DNA of 64,000 bases. Source: an uncultured Clostridia bacterium (lineage in GTDB: Bacteria > Bacillota > Clostridia > TANB77 > CAG-508). The position numbers were made by a program, and so were the translations under genes. Below the pieces are notes generated by a model. That model saw only the letters and a list, made by a program, of their open reading frames with translations, ran no database searches and was not told where the DNA came from. This document shows positions 36,699 to 46,830 of this stretch, piece by piece (position 1 is the stretch's first letter; the number at the start of each line of letters is the position of its first letter). The stretch lies in contig CANQEI010000003.1 in the NCBI GenBank assembly GCA_947594845.1, positions 41,010 through 105,009 on the forward strand. Direction: 5' to 3'.

Positions 36699-38796
36699 AT
36701 TGTTTCCTTCTTTCTTGTGCTAATTTATAAATAGTATCTTGTATATTTAAGTAATTATCAATATCATATTTACTCAACCTATTTTTTGAGCTATCTTTTA
36801 TATTAGTTATATAATTTTCATTTTCTGAAATTATCATATCAGAAACTTTCAAACACCAATATTCGTTTTGAGAAGTTTCAAGTATTTGTTTTAAAACTTC
36901 ATTTTTTTCAATATTATAAAGAGAATAAACTCTTATTTTTCTCTCTTGTAATTTTTCATATATAAATTGCATATTTTCATCATTTATTTTTGAATAATCA
37001 AGTTCTTTAAATTTGAAATAAAAATCTTCTGTTTCTTCATATTCTTCATATTCCCTAATTAAGTCAACAATTTTATTTTCATTACCTACAGTATTTAATT
37101 CATCTATTGTTTCAAGTAAACTTGTATTTCTCTTCTCTACATTAGTTTGTTTTATTCCCATCGCTACGCCAAAAATGTTAACTAAAATAATTACAACAAA
37201 TATAATATTTTCCATATTATTATTTTTTTCTGCGTTTTTAGTCTTTTTCCTTCCAATGTTATCATATTTTGAATTTAATATCGATAATAAAGCTATCCAT
37301 AATACATTTATGCAATAGAAAGACATATCAAAATCTATAAAACTGTGTAACGTAAGCAATATAAAAGCAACATCCATTAAATCAATTTTTTTAATGTTTT
37401 TATATTGTTTCACAGCCAAAATTACTAAAATACTTATCAAAGAAATAAATCCAATAATTCCAGTTTCAATAAAAGTTTCAGTTAAAAAACTATGAGATTC
37501 TAATGTTGCATAATTATAAGATTGTATATCTCTATACTCATAATACCAGCCATTTCCTCCAGCACCTATTAAGAAATGATTCATTGCTATTTTAAATCCA
37601 TCTGTAATAAAAGCAACTCTCTCTATTACACTAGTATCATCTATTCTAAAATCTCTTATTGTTTCTATGAATCTGAATGGTAGAAATTTATATGCCAAAG
37701 CATATTTTTTTCCATTGACAGTAGCAGAATTTATACGAAGTTTACTTTTTACTTTAGTATTTGAATTTTTAACAGTTATTTCAATTTTTGCAGTATCTTC
37801 ATCTGTTACAAACTTTATTTCTTTTTTTCCACTCTCGTTTTTTAAATTCAATTCATGTGAATATGTTATATCTTCATATTTATTTCTTTCTTTTATATTT
37901 ATCTTATAAGCTATTGCATTTTCATCTTCTGATTCAGATGTTAGATCAAAAGCAAAAGTATATTCTTTATTTTTTTCAACATTATAAATTGTTGCAGTTA
38001 CTGAATCTTTTGTATTATTCGTCATTTCCAATGGCTTTTTAAAGTTTACCGCAACTACAATAAACAACACAATGAAACCTAACGCTATTCCTACTTTTGC
38101 TAAATGCTTTCTCATTTTCTTTATGAAAATTATATATATAAACATAACTGCTAATAATAACATTATTGCAAATCTAGAAAAAGCTGATATAAAACATATT
38201 CCAAAAAGAACTATTAGTATTGAATATATAATTTTATTTTCTTTAAATCTATTAATGCATAATAATAAGTCTACAATCATTATTATAGCAAAAGCATTTG
38301 GATATCCTAATGCAGAAACCATTCTTCCACTTACATTATCCATTTTCTGAGCTTTAATTATCTCTAAAAATTGATAAAAGAATGGACTTTCAAATTTTTC
38401 AAGTAATCCTAGAATAGCTAATATGATTCCGCCAACAATTAACGCACTTATAAGATCAGCTGAATTGTCACTATTTTTACCTATTGTTTCTTTTACAATA
38501 AAAAAGACATTAAAAAGAGAAAAATTTCTAACTAATAAAATTAAAGTATCTTCCAAACTATAATAAGTTTTAAAAATAACAGGTAAAGTTGGAACTATAC
38601 AAAATAGTAACACGAGTAAATCTGTTTTAGTAATTGTAAATTTCTCTTTTTTAAAGAAAAGTTTATATCCAGCCAAAATAATTCCTATTAAAATTATAGC
38701 TATATTTAATCCAATGCAATTATATTTAACAGGTAAGCCTACTAATATAAATGAGAAAATTAATATAATTGTAGATATTAAAGTTAAAACATTCAT
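36682..38796 (-). CDS. O-antigen ligase/polymerase-like (Wzy_C-type) polytopic membrane protein with extra soluble domains
   Basis: Many TM helices, SAFSRFAIMLLLAV-type loop region, large extracytoplasmic insert and a C-terminal soluble region. Confidence 0.55.
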   Translation of the reverse strand: MNVLTLISTIILIFSFILVGLPVKYNCIGLNIAIILIGIILAGYKLFFKKEKFTITKTDLLVLLFCIVPTLPVIFKTYYSLEDTLILLVRNFSLFNVFFIVKETIGKNSDNSADLISALIVGGIILAILGLLEKFESPFFYQFLEIIKAQKMDNVSGRMVSALGYPNAFAIIMIVDLLLCINRFKENKIIYSILIVLFGICFISAFSRFAIMLLLAVMFIYIIFIKKMRKHLAKVGIALGFIVLFIVVAVNFKKPLEMTNNTKDSVTATIYNVEKNKEYTFAFDLTSESEDENAIAYKINIKERNKYEDITYSHELNLKNESGKKEIKFVTDEDTAKIEITVKNSNTKVKSKLRINSATVNGKKYALAYKFLPFRFIETIRDFRIDDTSVIERVAFITDGFKIAMNHFLIGAGGNGWYYEYRDIQSYNYATLESHSFLTETFIETGIIGFISLISILVILAVKQYKNIKKIDLMDVAFILLTLHSFIDFDMSFYCINVLWIALLSILNSKYDNIGRKKTKNAEKNNNMENIIFVVIILVNIFGVAMGIKQTNVEKRNTSLLETIDELNTVGNENKIVDLIREYEEYEETEDFYFKFKELDYSKINDENMQFIYEKLQERKIRVYSLYNIEKNEVLKQILETSQNEYWCLKVSDMIISENENYITNIKDSSKNRLSKYDIDNYLNIQDTIYKLAQERRKQFVGEQ

Positions 38797-38807
38797 GAAC
38801 TACTCCC

Positions 38808-39539
38808 TTATCTTTTGCTATTAAAATAATTTTGATATTTTTCTTTCTGTGAAATGATTTCATCTCTTTTTGAATTTGATATATAATTATATTTTACCAT
38901 CTTATCTAATACTTGCTCTTGCCTTTGTGATGCCAATTCAAAATTAACAGTTGGAGCATAAACAGATGGAGCATTTGGAACTCCAGCTAACATTGTAGCT
39001 TCATAATCATTTAATTCGCTTGGATTTTTATCAAAATATCCTTTACTGGCAGAACCAATATCATAATATCCATTTCCAAAATAACTAGTATTAGCATATA
39101 ATTCAAGTATCATTGATTTATCAAGTTCTTTTTCGTATTTACAAGCCATAAAAATTTCTGCAACTTTTCTATCCATTTTTTTATTTTTAGGAAAATAAGT
39201 ATTTTTAGCTAATTGTTGTGCAATTGTACTTCCACCTTCAACTAGTTCCTTTTGAGATATATTTCTTACAATAGCCCTTCCAATTCCAATTATATCAATA
39301 CCTTTATGAATATAAAATCTATGATCTTCTACAGCTACTACAGCATTTTTATATGTTTCAGATATATCATCTAATTTGGTATAATTTGGCTTCTCTTGAA
39401 TTTCCTTGATTTTACTATCAATACTCTGTTCTTTTATTTTTTTTGAGTACAAATTATATCCGCTTCCCAAAAGTATAGTTACAATCGCTAATACAATTAG
39501 CAATATGATAAATAATATATTTTTTATTAATTTTTTCAT
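38808..39539 (-). CDS. Monofunctional peptidoglycan glycosyltransferase (GT51)
   Basis: AVVAVEDHRFYIHKGIDIIGIGRA, GGSTIAQQLAKN and RKVAEIFMACKYE motifs. N-terminal TM. Confidence 0.85.
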   Translation of the reverse strand: MKKLIKNILFIILLIVLAIVTILLGSGYNLYSKKIKEQSIDSKIKEIQEKPNYTKLDDISETYKNAVVAVEDHRFYIHKGIDIIGIGRAIVRNISQKELVEGGSTIAQQLAKNTYFPKNKKMDRKVAEIFMACKYEKELDKSMILELYANTSYFGNGYYDIGSASKGYFDKNPSELNDYEATMLAGVPNAPSVYAPTVNFELASQRQEQVLDKMVKYNYISNSKRDEIISQKEKYQNYFNSKR

Positions 39540-39541
39540 AT

Positions 39542-40327
39542 TTATACCTTATTTAAAGTTTCATTAAACACTAAATTAATATCATTTCTGATTTTTTCCA
39601 TTTGTGAAATATATGTCATTAACTGAATTTTTACATCTGCTACTTTTAAAACAGTTTTAGCCTCTATATCTTTAAAATTTGATTCTAATTGTTTTATTAC
39701 ATACTTATTAAAATTCTTTTCTCCTCCAAAAGAAAACTTAAATAGTCTTTTGATTTTAGCAATAATACTATTATTATTCTTAGCAATCTGATTATTCTTT
39801 ATTGTAAAAATTTCATTCAAAGAATGAATTGTATTCTTTTGGCAGTTTTCTAATCTTGCCATACATTCATCAATTACAACATCATAATTTAATTTTTTTT
39901 GAGCTGTAGCAAAAATTTTCTTACGAGACTTTTGTACTAATACATCATTCTTTACATTAAGTGCTTTTAGTTCATTTCTTTTACTAGCAATTAAATTAGC
40001 AATTGCAATTTTTTGATTGCTTTGTGCTAAAACTGTTTCATTTTGAATATAGATATATTGCGCATTATATTGAGCAAATACTCTTCTAATTTTAGAATTA
40101 TATTCACTAACAAGCTCATTAAATTTTTCCTTATAATTATCAACATTCACCTTATAAGCTTTAGCTTGGTATTCTAAATATTCTTCAAATTCTTTTGTCT
40201 TTTTATCTATAATATCATAACATGTTCTCTCATAAATTGTAGCCCATAAAAGTAATTTATTACTCTCATTTTCTGACAATTCTTTAAGATTTAAAGATAA
40301 TTTAACTTCTATATCTGTATTTTCCAT
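39542..40327 (-). CDS. Coiled-coil protein, unknown function
   Basis: ORF with a GGTGGA RBS-like sequence. Helical/heptad composition. No motif. Confidence 0.5.
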   Translation of the reverse strand: MENTDIEVKLSLNLKELSENESNKLLLWATIYERTCYDIIDKKTKEFEEYLEYQAKAYKVNVDNYKEKFNELVSEYNSKIRRVFAQYNAQYIYIQNETVLAQSNQKIAIANLIASKRNELKALNVKNDVLVQKSRKKIFATAQKKLNYDVVIDECMARLENCQKNTIHSLNEIFTIKNNQIAKNNNSIIAKIKRLFKFSFGGEKNFNKYVIKQLESNFKDIEAKTVLKVADVKIQLMTYISQMEKIRNDINLVFNETLNKV

Positions 40328-40337
40328 AAATCCACCT

Positions 40338-40763
40338 CTATCTATCTAAAGCTTGCTTTCCTTTATTAGCTACTTTTCCAATTTCATTGGTTATAGCTGC
40401 TGTAGGAACTGAAATTACATCTAGCACTTCTTTCATAACTTTTTCTGAAAAGCCAAATGTAGATTTTAAAGCTGTAACAGGTGAAACATCTTTTCCAAGT
40501 ACACAATTTTGGAAGAGATAATTCATTGCTGTAATTGATATTGCTGGTCCAATAAAAGCAACCGTTGAAGCAATTGTTCCTGCTTTAGCAAGAATCCTTC
40601 TTGCTTTATTACTATTCAATACATTTGTAGCAGCCTTAGCAGAAAATTCTGTTGCTGTTAACATTGTTTTACCAGCAAACTTAACTCCCTTTAGAGCATA
40701 CTTTCCACCAGTTTTAGCTGCATTTTTAATATTTCTTTTTGTATTATTAACGTCCATAAACAT
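40338..40763 (-). CDS. Small protein with a central hydrophobic segment, unknown function
   Basis: 141-aa ORF, tightly packed in the operon. Confidence 0.5.
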   Translation of the reverse strand: MFMDVNNTKRNIKNAAKTGGKYALKGVKFAGKTMLTATEFSAKAATNVLNSNKARRILAKAGTIASTVAFIGPAISITAMNYLFQNCVLGKDVSPVTALKSTFGFSEKVMKEVLDVISVPTAAITNEIGKVANKGKQALDR

Positions 40764-40767
40764 TCTC

Positions 40768-40926
40768 CTATTTATTTATCATTTGCGTAATTAATTCATC
40801 CAATTCAGTCTTTAATTCTTTTTCTCTTTTTTCTGTATTTTGAGCATATCTTTCTAAATTTTCAATTTCTTCCTTATCTAAATTAACTATCCTGCCATCA
40901 ATAAATTTCTCGCCAATTTTCTCCAT
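40768..40926 (-). CDS. 52-aa ORF below the ORF-track cutoff
   Basis: GAGAGGAAAAGTT-ATG. MEKIGEKFIDGRIVNLDKEEIENLERYAQNTEKREKELKTELDELITQMINK. The stop lies 4 nt before the next gene's start. Confidence 0.45.
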   Translation of the reverse strand: MEKIGEKFIDGRIVNLDKEEIENLERYAQNTEKREKELKTELDELITQMINK

Positions 40927-40958
40927 AACTTTTCCTCTCATTTTAAGTTCTTTCGTAA

Positions 40959-42209
40959 TTAATCTTTATCAATATTATTTTCGCTTAAATTTTCCAAATA
41001 TAATGCTCTTTCATCTTCTTCATTATTTGGTAAAGTATATATTTTAGCAATGAAAACAAGTTCTGATTTATCATTTAGGTATATGACTGTATCAGAAATA
41101 GAATAATTTGATTCATCTACTGTTTTTTCATGCGCTTTTTCATATTTAGCAACTTCTATAAAATTAAGATTATTTTTATCATATAATTTCTTAAAATAGT
41201 CCTCTACAGCTTCAAGACATTTATCTACAAATTCTTCAGATGAAACATTTGCCATTTCTAATATTTTAGAATTTTGAACATTTTCGCCATCCTTAACATT
41301 AATATTATAAACATGGTATTCATGTTTTTCATTTCCATATTCTAAGGAAACTACAACAGATAATAAATCATCATTCTGATACCATATGTAATCAACATTA
41401 ACTAAATCATTTCCTTCTTTAGTTTCTGCTTTTTCTGCATCTTTTAGTTTTTCCTCAGTAAAATCTATTATTTCTGAATTTATTCTTTGTACATTCTCAT
41501 AATTCAAATTAATTGTTGGAATTCTAGAAAGTTTATCTCCTATGTCAGCAGTATAATAATCATAAACCAATTCCTTTGATTTATCTTTTTTATTAATTTC
41601 ATCTTTTCTGTCTTCAGGTTTAATTTCTTTCAAAGTTATATTTTCTTCATTCTCTTTTTCATCATTTTCCTTATTACCTTTAAGTGCATTTTCTAAATTT
41701 TCAAAAACAGGAGATACAGCATCTCTCATTCCTTCTGGTAATACTTGCATTTTATATAATTGATACATTCCTCCAAAAATCACAAGTAAAACTATAATTA
41801 ATATAATAAAAATTCTAATTCCATTACTATTATTCTTTTTTACATAAACATCTTTTTTTTGAAATTTTGGCTTCTCATCTGCATTATTTTCATCCTGAGT
41901 TTCCATTTTTTTAGTATTTATTTCTCTTTTAATTTCCTTTTCATCTGTTTTTTTTCTTACATATTCTTCTTTTATCTTTTCGATTTCTTTATTTACAACA
42001 GGATCTGAAATATTTTCTTCTACATTTTCTTTTTTATCTGCTTTTTGATTATTACTTTTTATTTTATCTTTCATTTCTTTTTCTGCTTTAGCTTTATTTT
42101 CAGCTTCCTTTTTTACTCTTTCATTTAGAGCCTGTTCTACATTAGTTCCACAATTTCCGCAAAATTTTGCACCTTTTTCTAATATCTCACCGCAATTAGG
42201 GCATTTCAT
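40959..42209 (-). CDS. Zinc-ribbon, K/E-rich linker, TM helix and extracytoplasmic domain protein
   Basis: MKCPNCGEILEKGAKFCGNCG. TM IRIFIILIIVLLVIFGGMY. Confidence 0.65.
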   Translation of the reverse strand: MKCPNCGEILEKGAKFCGNCGTNVEQALNERVKKEAENKAKAEKEMKDKIKSNNQKADKKENVEENISDPVVNKEIEKIKEEYVRKKTDEKEIKREINTKKMETQDENNADEKPKFQKKDVYVKKNNSNGIRIFIILIIVLLVIFGGMYQLYKMQVLPEGMRDAVSPVFENLENALKGNKENDEKENEENITLKEIKPEDRKDEINKKDKSKELVYDYYTADIGDKLSRIPTINLNYENVQRINSEIIDFTEEKLKDAEKAETKEGNDLVNVDYIWYQNDDLLSVVVSLEYGNEKHEYHVYNINVKDGENVQNSKILEMANVSSEEFVDKCLEAVEDYFKKLYDKNNLNFIEVAKYEKAHEKTVDESNYSISDTVIYLNDKSELVFIAKIYTLPNNEEDERALYLENLSENNIDKD

Positions 42210-42372
42210 TATTTATCCCCCCTATATATTTATATATTATTTATATCAAATTTCCTTTATTATATCAAAAAATATCATTTTGTAAAACATATTTACAAAT
42301 ATCAGCACAATATCTTTTCGTATAACCCAAAAGATAGATGAAAGAATATACTTTCATCTATCTCCTCAAAAT

Positions 42373-42401
42373 AAAAAACAGGTAATATAATAAATTACCT
42401 G
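42373..42401 (-). terminator. Rho-independent terminator
   Basis: Minus strand reads CAGGTAAT-loop-ATTACCTG followed by TTTTTTATTTT. Confidence 0.7.
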
Positions 42402-43046
42402 CTAAACATTTCTATTTATTGTTACTACTTTATTTGTATAAATTTGATTTATTTTTTCATCCGGATAGTATTCGTCAAGAAAAGAATCAATTCTAGTTCT
42501 TGGAGGAATATTTAATATTCTTTCTCTTTGTCTCATAACAGCAGTCCATGATATTAATATATCAAATGATAAAAAAATAGCAAAAATAGTAGTTATAGTA
42601 ACTAGCGATTTTGTCAAATCTTTATTTAAAACTTTATTAAACCACGGATGTATAATTTCATTAAATATTAAGCCTGCCATTCCCCAATAAAAAGCATGTA
42701 AAATACTTGTTCTTCCGTTAAAGTTAATTTTTACCCATTCATAATTCCAAGAAATAGTTCCAAAAATAACTTCTTGCAAATATGAGCAAACATATTCTAC
42801 AACTCCTCCAAAAAACATTGTATACAAAAATATTTTTAATGGGCTCTTAATTTTTGGAACAACGATTTCATATATAATAGCTCCAATTCCATAAACAGGA
42901 ATAAAAGGGCCATACATAAGTCCTTGTCGTAATTCAAAATGACCTTTCTGTATTAGAACAAGAATATTTTCATATAAAAAACCTACTACACTTCCAATTA
43001 AAAAAATCCAAAAAAATCTAAAAAATTTTTTCCTTTTCTTCTCCAT
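42402..43046 (-). CDS. Polytopic membrane protein (resembles the putative ABC-transporter type IV/DUF1113 family)
   Basis: LMYGPFIPVYGIGAII motif and about 5-6 TM helices. Confidence 0.5.
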   Translation of the reverse strand: MEKKRKKFFRFFWIFLIGSVVGFLYENILVLIQKGHFELRQGLMYGPFIPVYGIGAIIYEIVVPKIKSPLKIFLYTMFFGGVVEYVCSYLQEVIFGTISWNYEWVKINFNGRTSILHAFYWGMAGLIFNEIIHPWFNKVLNKDLTKSLVTITTIFAIFLSFDILISWTAVMRQRERILNIPPRTRIDSFLDEYYPDEKINQIYTNKVVTINRNV

Positions 43047-43109
43047 TATCTATAATTCCTTTTTCAAAATCATAGTTATTATATCATGTTAACATAATTT
43101 TGTAAATCT

Positions 43110-44282
43110 CTAAAAATATATATGTTCAATTCTAAATATAGGCCTATACTTTTTATCTTCTTTACATATTTCAGTTTTAATTTTATCTTCTAGCTCTTTT
43201 TTATCTATTTTTTCATCTCTAGGTATAACAACATCAAAAATAAGATTACTCTTTTCTTCACCATTAGTCATTCTAAAATCATGTATAGAATATTCTCTAT
43301 TAATCTTTTTAACTATATCTTCAACCATTCTCTTTGCTGCATTAACCTTTTCATCATCTGTAGTAATAGGATCCATATGTATTGTAGTAATACATTTGAA
43401 TTCTTTATTCATATCATCTTCCATTTTATCTATAACATCGTGAATTGCACATATATCATAGTTAGATGGTACCTCAGCATGAAATGAAATTATTTTTCTT
43501 CCCGGTCCATAATCATGAACCATTATATCATGAATTCCACAAACAATTTCATACTTTTTAGCGTATTTCACAATTTCATTTATAAATTCTTGACTCGGAC
43601 TACAACCGATTAATATTCCTATTACCTCTTTCAATGCCTTAAATCCAGTAAACATTATAAAAATAGAAACAATTGCTCCAACAAAACCATCAATTGTAAT
43701 TTTAAAATATATTAGAATTAAAGCAGAAATCAAAACAGATAATGTAGCAATACAATCTGATATACTATCATACGAATTTGATTTAATAACTTCTGAGTTA
43801 GTAATTTTAGCTATTTTTCTATAAAAGTTAAATAATAAAAATTTGATAATAATTGCAACAGTCAAAATTATTATTACAATATTATTTATTTCTGGTATTA
43901 CTGGATTAATAATTTTTTCAATAGATGTCTTAAATAATTCAAATCCAACTAACATAATGAAAATATCTATTATAAAAGCCGTAATATATTCTATTCTTCC
44001 ATGTCCCCATGGATGATCTAAATCAACTTCTTTTTGTGACATTTTGCATCCAATAATTGTAATAACAGAAGATGTAGCATCAGTGAAATTATTCAAAGCA
44101 TCAGATATAATAGATATTGAATTAGCAAATATTCCAACAGCTAATTTAAAAATAAATAAAAATATATTAACTATTATCCCCACTATTCCAGAAAATAAAA
44201 TATATTTTTCCCTTACATTTTCATTTTTCATGTCTTCACTATTTTTTATAAATAGTCTTAACAAAAATTTCGTCATTAACAC
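43110..44282 (-). CDS. Cation diffusion facilitator (CDF) family transporter
   Basis: SDALNNFTDATSS, HPWGHGRIEY, and C-terminal cytoplasmic domain IHDIMVHDYGPGRKIISFHAEV. Confidence 0.8.
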   Translation of the reverse strand: MLMTKFLLRLFIKNSEDMKNENVREKYILFSGIVGIIVNIFLFIFKLAVGIFANSISIISDALNNFTDATSSVITIIGCKMSQKEVDLDHPWGHGRIEYITAFIIDIFIMLVGFELFKTSIEKIINPVIPEINNIVIIILTVAIIIKFLLFNFYRKIAKITNSEVIKSNSYDSISDCIATLSVLISALILIYFKITIDGFVGAIVSIFIMFTGFKALKEVIGILIGCSPSQEFINEIVKYAKKYEIVCGIHDIMVHDYGPGRKIISFHAEVPSNYDICAIHDVIDKMEDDMNKEFKCITTIHMDPITTDDEKVNAAKRMVEDIVKKINREYSIHDFRMTNGEEKSNLIFDVVIPRDEKIDKKELEDKIKTEICKEDKKYRPIFRIEHIYF

Positions 44283-44292
44283 AAGCTCCTAC

Positions 44293-44322
44293 AAAATAAA
44301 TTAGCCCCCTAAAGGAAGCTAA
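44293..44322 (-). terminator. Rho-independent terminator
   Basis: Minus strand reads TTAGCTTCC-TTTA-GGGGGCTAA followed by TTTATTTT. Confidence 0.6.
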
Positions 44323-44331
44323 TTCTCTAAC

Positions 44332-44895
44332 TTATTTTAGTATAGATTCAAACATACTGCTTTCTACTCCATAATATGTTGCTTGAATATCTATGATTTT
44401 ATTTTTATAAAATACAAATTTAACATCTCGTTCAGTATCTGAATACTCGCCTTTATATTTTAAAGTAGCCTTTACAGTAGATATATTTTTGTTTTTGCTA
44501 TCCTTTTTAGGCTTTTTAATATCTTCTACTTCTACTTCTGAATAATAACTTGAATTATCGTCAGCATAATCTATTAAAGCTTCTTTAGCATCTTTAACAT
44601 CTTTATCATCTTTTTTTACATCTTTATATTCTTCTTTAAATTTTTTAGATTTTTGGTCAGCTTCTTGCCATGCAACAACTCCTCTTAAATCTATATTTTC
44701 TTCAATTGCTTTTTCCATGTCATCTTCTGAACATAATGCACTTCCTACAGCTTCTATTTTTTTCTTGTATCCCATAGGTTTCATATTTGATATAACAACA
44801 GCTGCAATAATAACTAATATAAGTACTACTACCGCAACAGATACAGCTATCACAATTTTTTTGTGATCTTTGATAAAAGATAATACTTTATCCAT
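44332..44895 (-). CDS. N-terminally anchored K/D/E-rich protein, paralog of 46831..47358
   Basis: TM IVIAVSVAVVVLILVIIAAVVI. Shares YKK, FK(E/K)EYK and FVFYK(N/G)K with the paralog. Confidence 0.55.
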   Translation of the reverse strand: MDKVLSFIKDHKKIVIAVSVAVVVLILVIIAAVVISNMKPMGYKKKIEAVGSALCSEDDMEKAIEENIDLRGVVAWQEADQKSKKFKEEYKDVKKDDKDVKDAKEALIDYADDNSSYYSEVEVEDIKKPKKDSKNKNISTVKATLKYKGEYSDTERDVKFVFYKNKIIDIQATYYGVESSMFESILK

Positions 44896-44919
44896 ATTTT
44901 TCCTCCCTTATTAATTTAT

Positions 44920-45744
44920 TTAATTTTCATCTGTAGAATTACTATCTACAGTGTTTCCATCATTTTCTAAATTGTTCATTCCTGAATCTGTATTTAAGAA
45001 AGACTCTCCATCTTCATCTACAATATAAACTACTATTTCATCATAAAATACCATAGTTAAAGTAGCTTCCTCATCAGCTAAACCAATTACTAAATCAACT
45101 CTAGTTACTTCATCTAAATCATCAGATTCTTGGAAATTAGTAACTTTCTTTAATTTAAATACAAAATCAGCTGAACTTATTTCAGCAACATCATTTTCAG
45201 TGTCATTTGACACTTCATTTTGGATTGCATTAGTTAAATTTTCATCTGAAGATATTTCATTTGCCATTTGTTCTGCAGCTGCCATAAGATTTTTTAATTG
45301 TTTAAACTGTTCTGGATAAGCTTTAAAGCTCTCTGTTATCTCATTGGCTTCATCATCAGTAACATTAGCATATTCATCCATTACTTTAGAATCATCACCA
45401 TCAACCTTATCATATGCTGCATAAACTTTTGAATCTAAATTTTCTTCTATAAAAGTATCCATTTCATCTTCATCCATTAATGCTGCAACAAATTTTTCTG
45501 TTGCTTCTTTTGCATATTCTGGTATATCATCATCATATTCTACTTCATCATCATCAGTAGTATTTGTATTAGATGTATTAGTTTTATTTTCCGTAGTATT
45601 AGTAGTATTTTCTTCTTCAAATTTTATTTTATCATCTTTTCCTTTTGAATTACCTAGTTTTCCAACTAAAAATATCGCAACTACTGCAACTACAATTACA
45701 ACTACAGCAATAATTACCGCTATAAGTATCTTTTTGTTTTTCAT
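44920..45744 (-). CDS. N-terminally anchored, highly acidic protein
   Basis: TM ILIAVIIAVVVIVVAVVAIFLV followed by a D/E/N/T-rich sequence. Confidence 0.5.
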   Translation of the reverse strand: MKNKKILIAVIIAVVVIVVAVVAIFLVGKLGNSKGKDDKIKFEEENTTNTTENKTNTSNTNTTDDDEVEYDDDIPEYAKEATEKFVAALMDEDEMDTFIEENLDSKVYAAYDKVDGDDSKVMDEYANVTDDEANEITESFKAYPEQFKQLKNLMAAAEQMANEISSDENLTNAIQNEVSNDTENDVAEISSADFVFKLKKVTNFQESDDLDEVTRVDLVIGLADEEATLTMVFYDEIVVYIVDEDGESFLNTDSGMNNLENDGNTVDSNSTDEN

Positions 45745-45917
45745 CTTAAAATTTCACCCTTTCCTAAATATCTTGCAAAAAGTTTCACACTTTTCTTCAG
45801 TTTAATTTATTATATTTATTTTAAAAAGAAAAGTAAATATATAAATAAAAAAAATATATAAAATGTCAATTAAAATATTTAAAATTGCCTAAAAAACTAG
45901 CTTTTTTTTTGATTTTA

Positions 45918-45926
45918 TGGTATAAT
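45918..45926 (+). promoter_or_regulatory. Extended -10 element upstream of the VbhA/Fic pair
   Basis: TGGTATAAT. Confidence 0.4.
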
Positions 45927-45985
45927 AAAAATGTAGTGATTAGAAAATTTTAATGTTTTTTAACGTTCATATAAAGGAGAAAAAA

Positions 45986-46171
45986 ATGTTTAATATTTCA
46001 GGTGAAGAAAAATTTAATTTTGATATTGAAAATTTAAAACAAGATTTTGCAGTTGAAAATATCAATATTCAAGATTCTGATATTGAAATTTTAAAAAAGT
46101 ATTATAATAATGAAATAACAATGAATCAGATGATAGATATCATAAAAACTACCAATCTAAATAATATTTAA
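45986..46171 (+). CDS. VbhA-like antitoxin (Fic inhibitory helix protein)
   Basis: Small ORF immediately upstream of fic. DFAVENINIQ resembles the (S/T)xxxE(G/N) inhibitory motif. AAAGGAG RBS at the internal ATG. Confidence 0.55.
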   Translation: MFNISGEEKFNFDIENLKQDFAVENINIQDSDIEILKKYYNNEITMNQMIDIIKTTNLNNI

Positions 46172-46182
46172 GGAGATTTTTT

Positions 46183-46788
46183 ATGAATGATTTTTATGAA
46201 TCTAGAAATTCTATCTATTGTTATCCAAATAGTAATGTATTAAAAAATAAACTTAATGTTCACGATTCTGATAAGTTATCTAAACTTGAAAAGCAGTTAG
46301 TTTTAGCCAAATCATACATACTTAGGCAATTAGATAATACTCCAAAATTTGATAAAAATCATTTTTTAAATATTCACAAATTTTTATTTGAAGATCTTTA
46401 CCCTTTTGCAGGAAAAACAAGAACTGAAAATATATCTAAAGGAAATTTTACTTTTGCAAATTGGGAATTCATAGATAGTGAATTAGATAAGATTTTAGAA
46501 GAATTAAAATCTGAAAATTATCTAAAAAATTATGATAAAGAAAAATTGGCTGAACGTCTTGCCTATTATCAAGCAGAACTAAACGTATTACATCCTTTTA
46601 GAGAAGGTAATGGTAGAACAATTAGAGAATTTATCCGTGAACTTGCTCTATCAAATAATTATATTTTAGATTTGCAATGCTCAACACCACAAGAAATATT
46701 TGATGCCAGTGTAAAATCAGTATATGATTCTAGTGATCTAGAAAAAATAATATATAAATGTTTAAAATTTTTAAATCCAAAAAAATAA
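46183..46788 (+). CDS. Fic-domain protein (AMPylase-type toxin, class I FicT-like)
   Basis: Canonical HPFREGNGRTIR (HxFx[D/E]GNGRxxR). Confidence 0.85.
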   Translation: MNDFYESRNSIYCYPNSNVLKNKLNVHDSDKLSKLEKQLVLAKSYILRQLDNTPKFDKNHFLNIHKFLFEDLYPFAGKTRTENISKGNFTFANWEFIDSELDKILEELKSENYLKNYDKEKLAERLAYYQAELNVLHPFREGNGRTIREFIRELALSNNYILDLQCSTPQEIFDASVKSVYDSSDLEKIIYKCLKFLNPKK

Positions 46789-46817
46789 ACTCTTATAAAA
46801 ATAAGAGTTTATTTTTT
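46787..46817. terminator. Bidirectional terminator
   Basis: AAACTCTTAT-aaaa-ATAAGAGTTT followed by a T-run. Confidence 0.7.
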
Positions 46818-46830
46818 ATTTTCTTTTATT

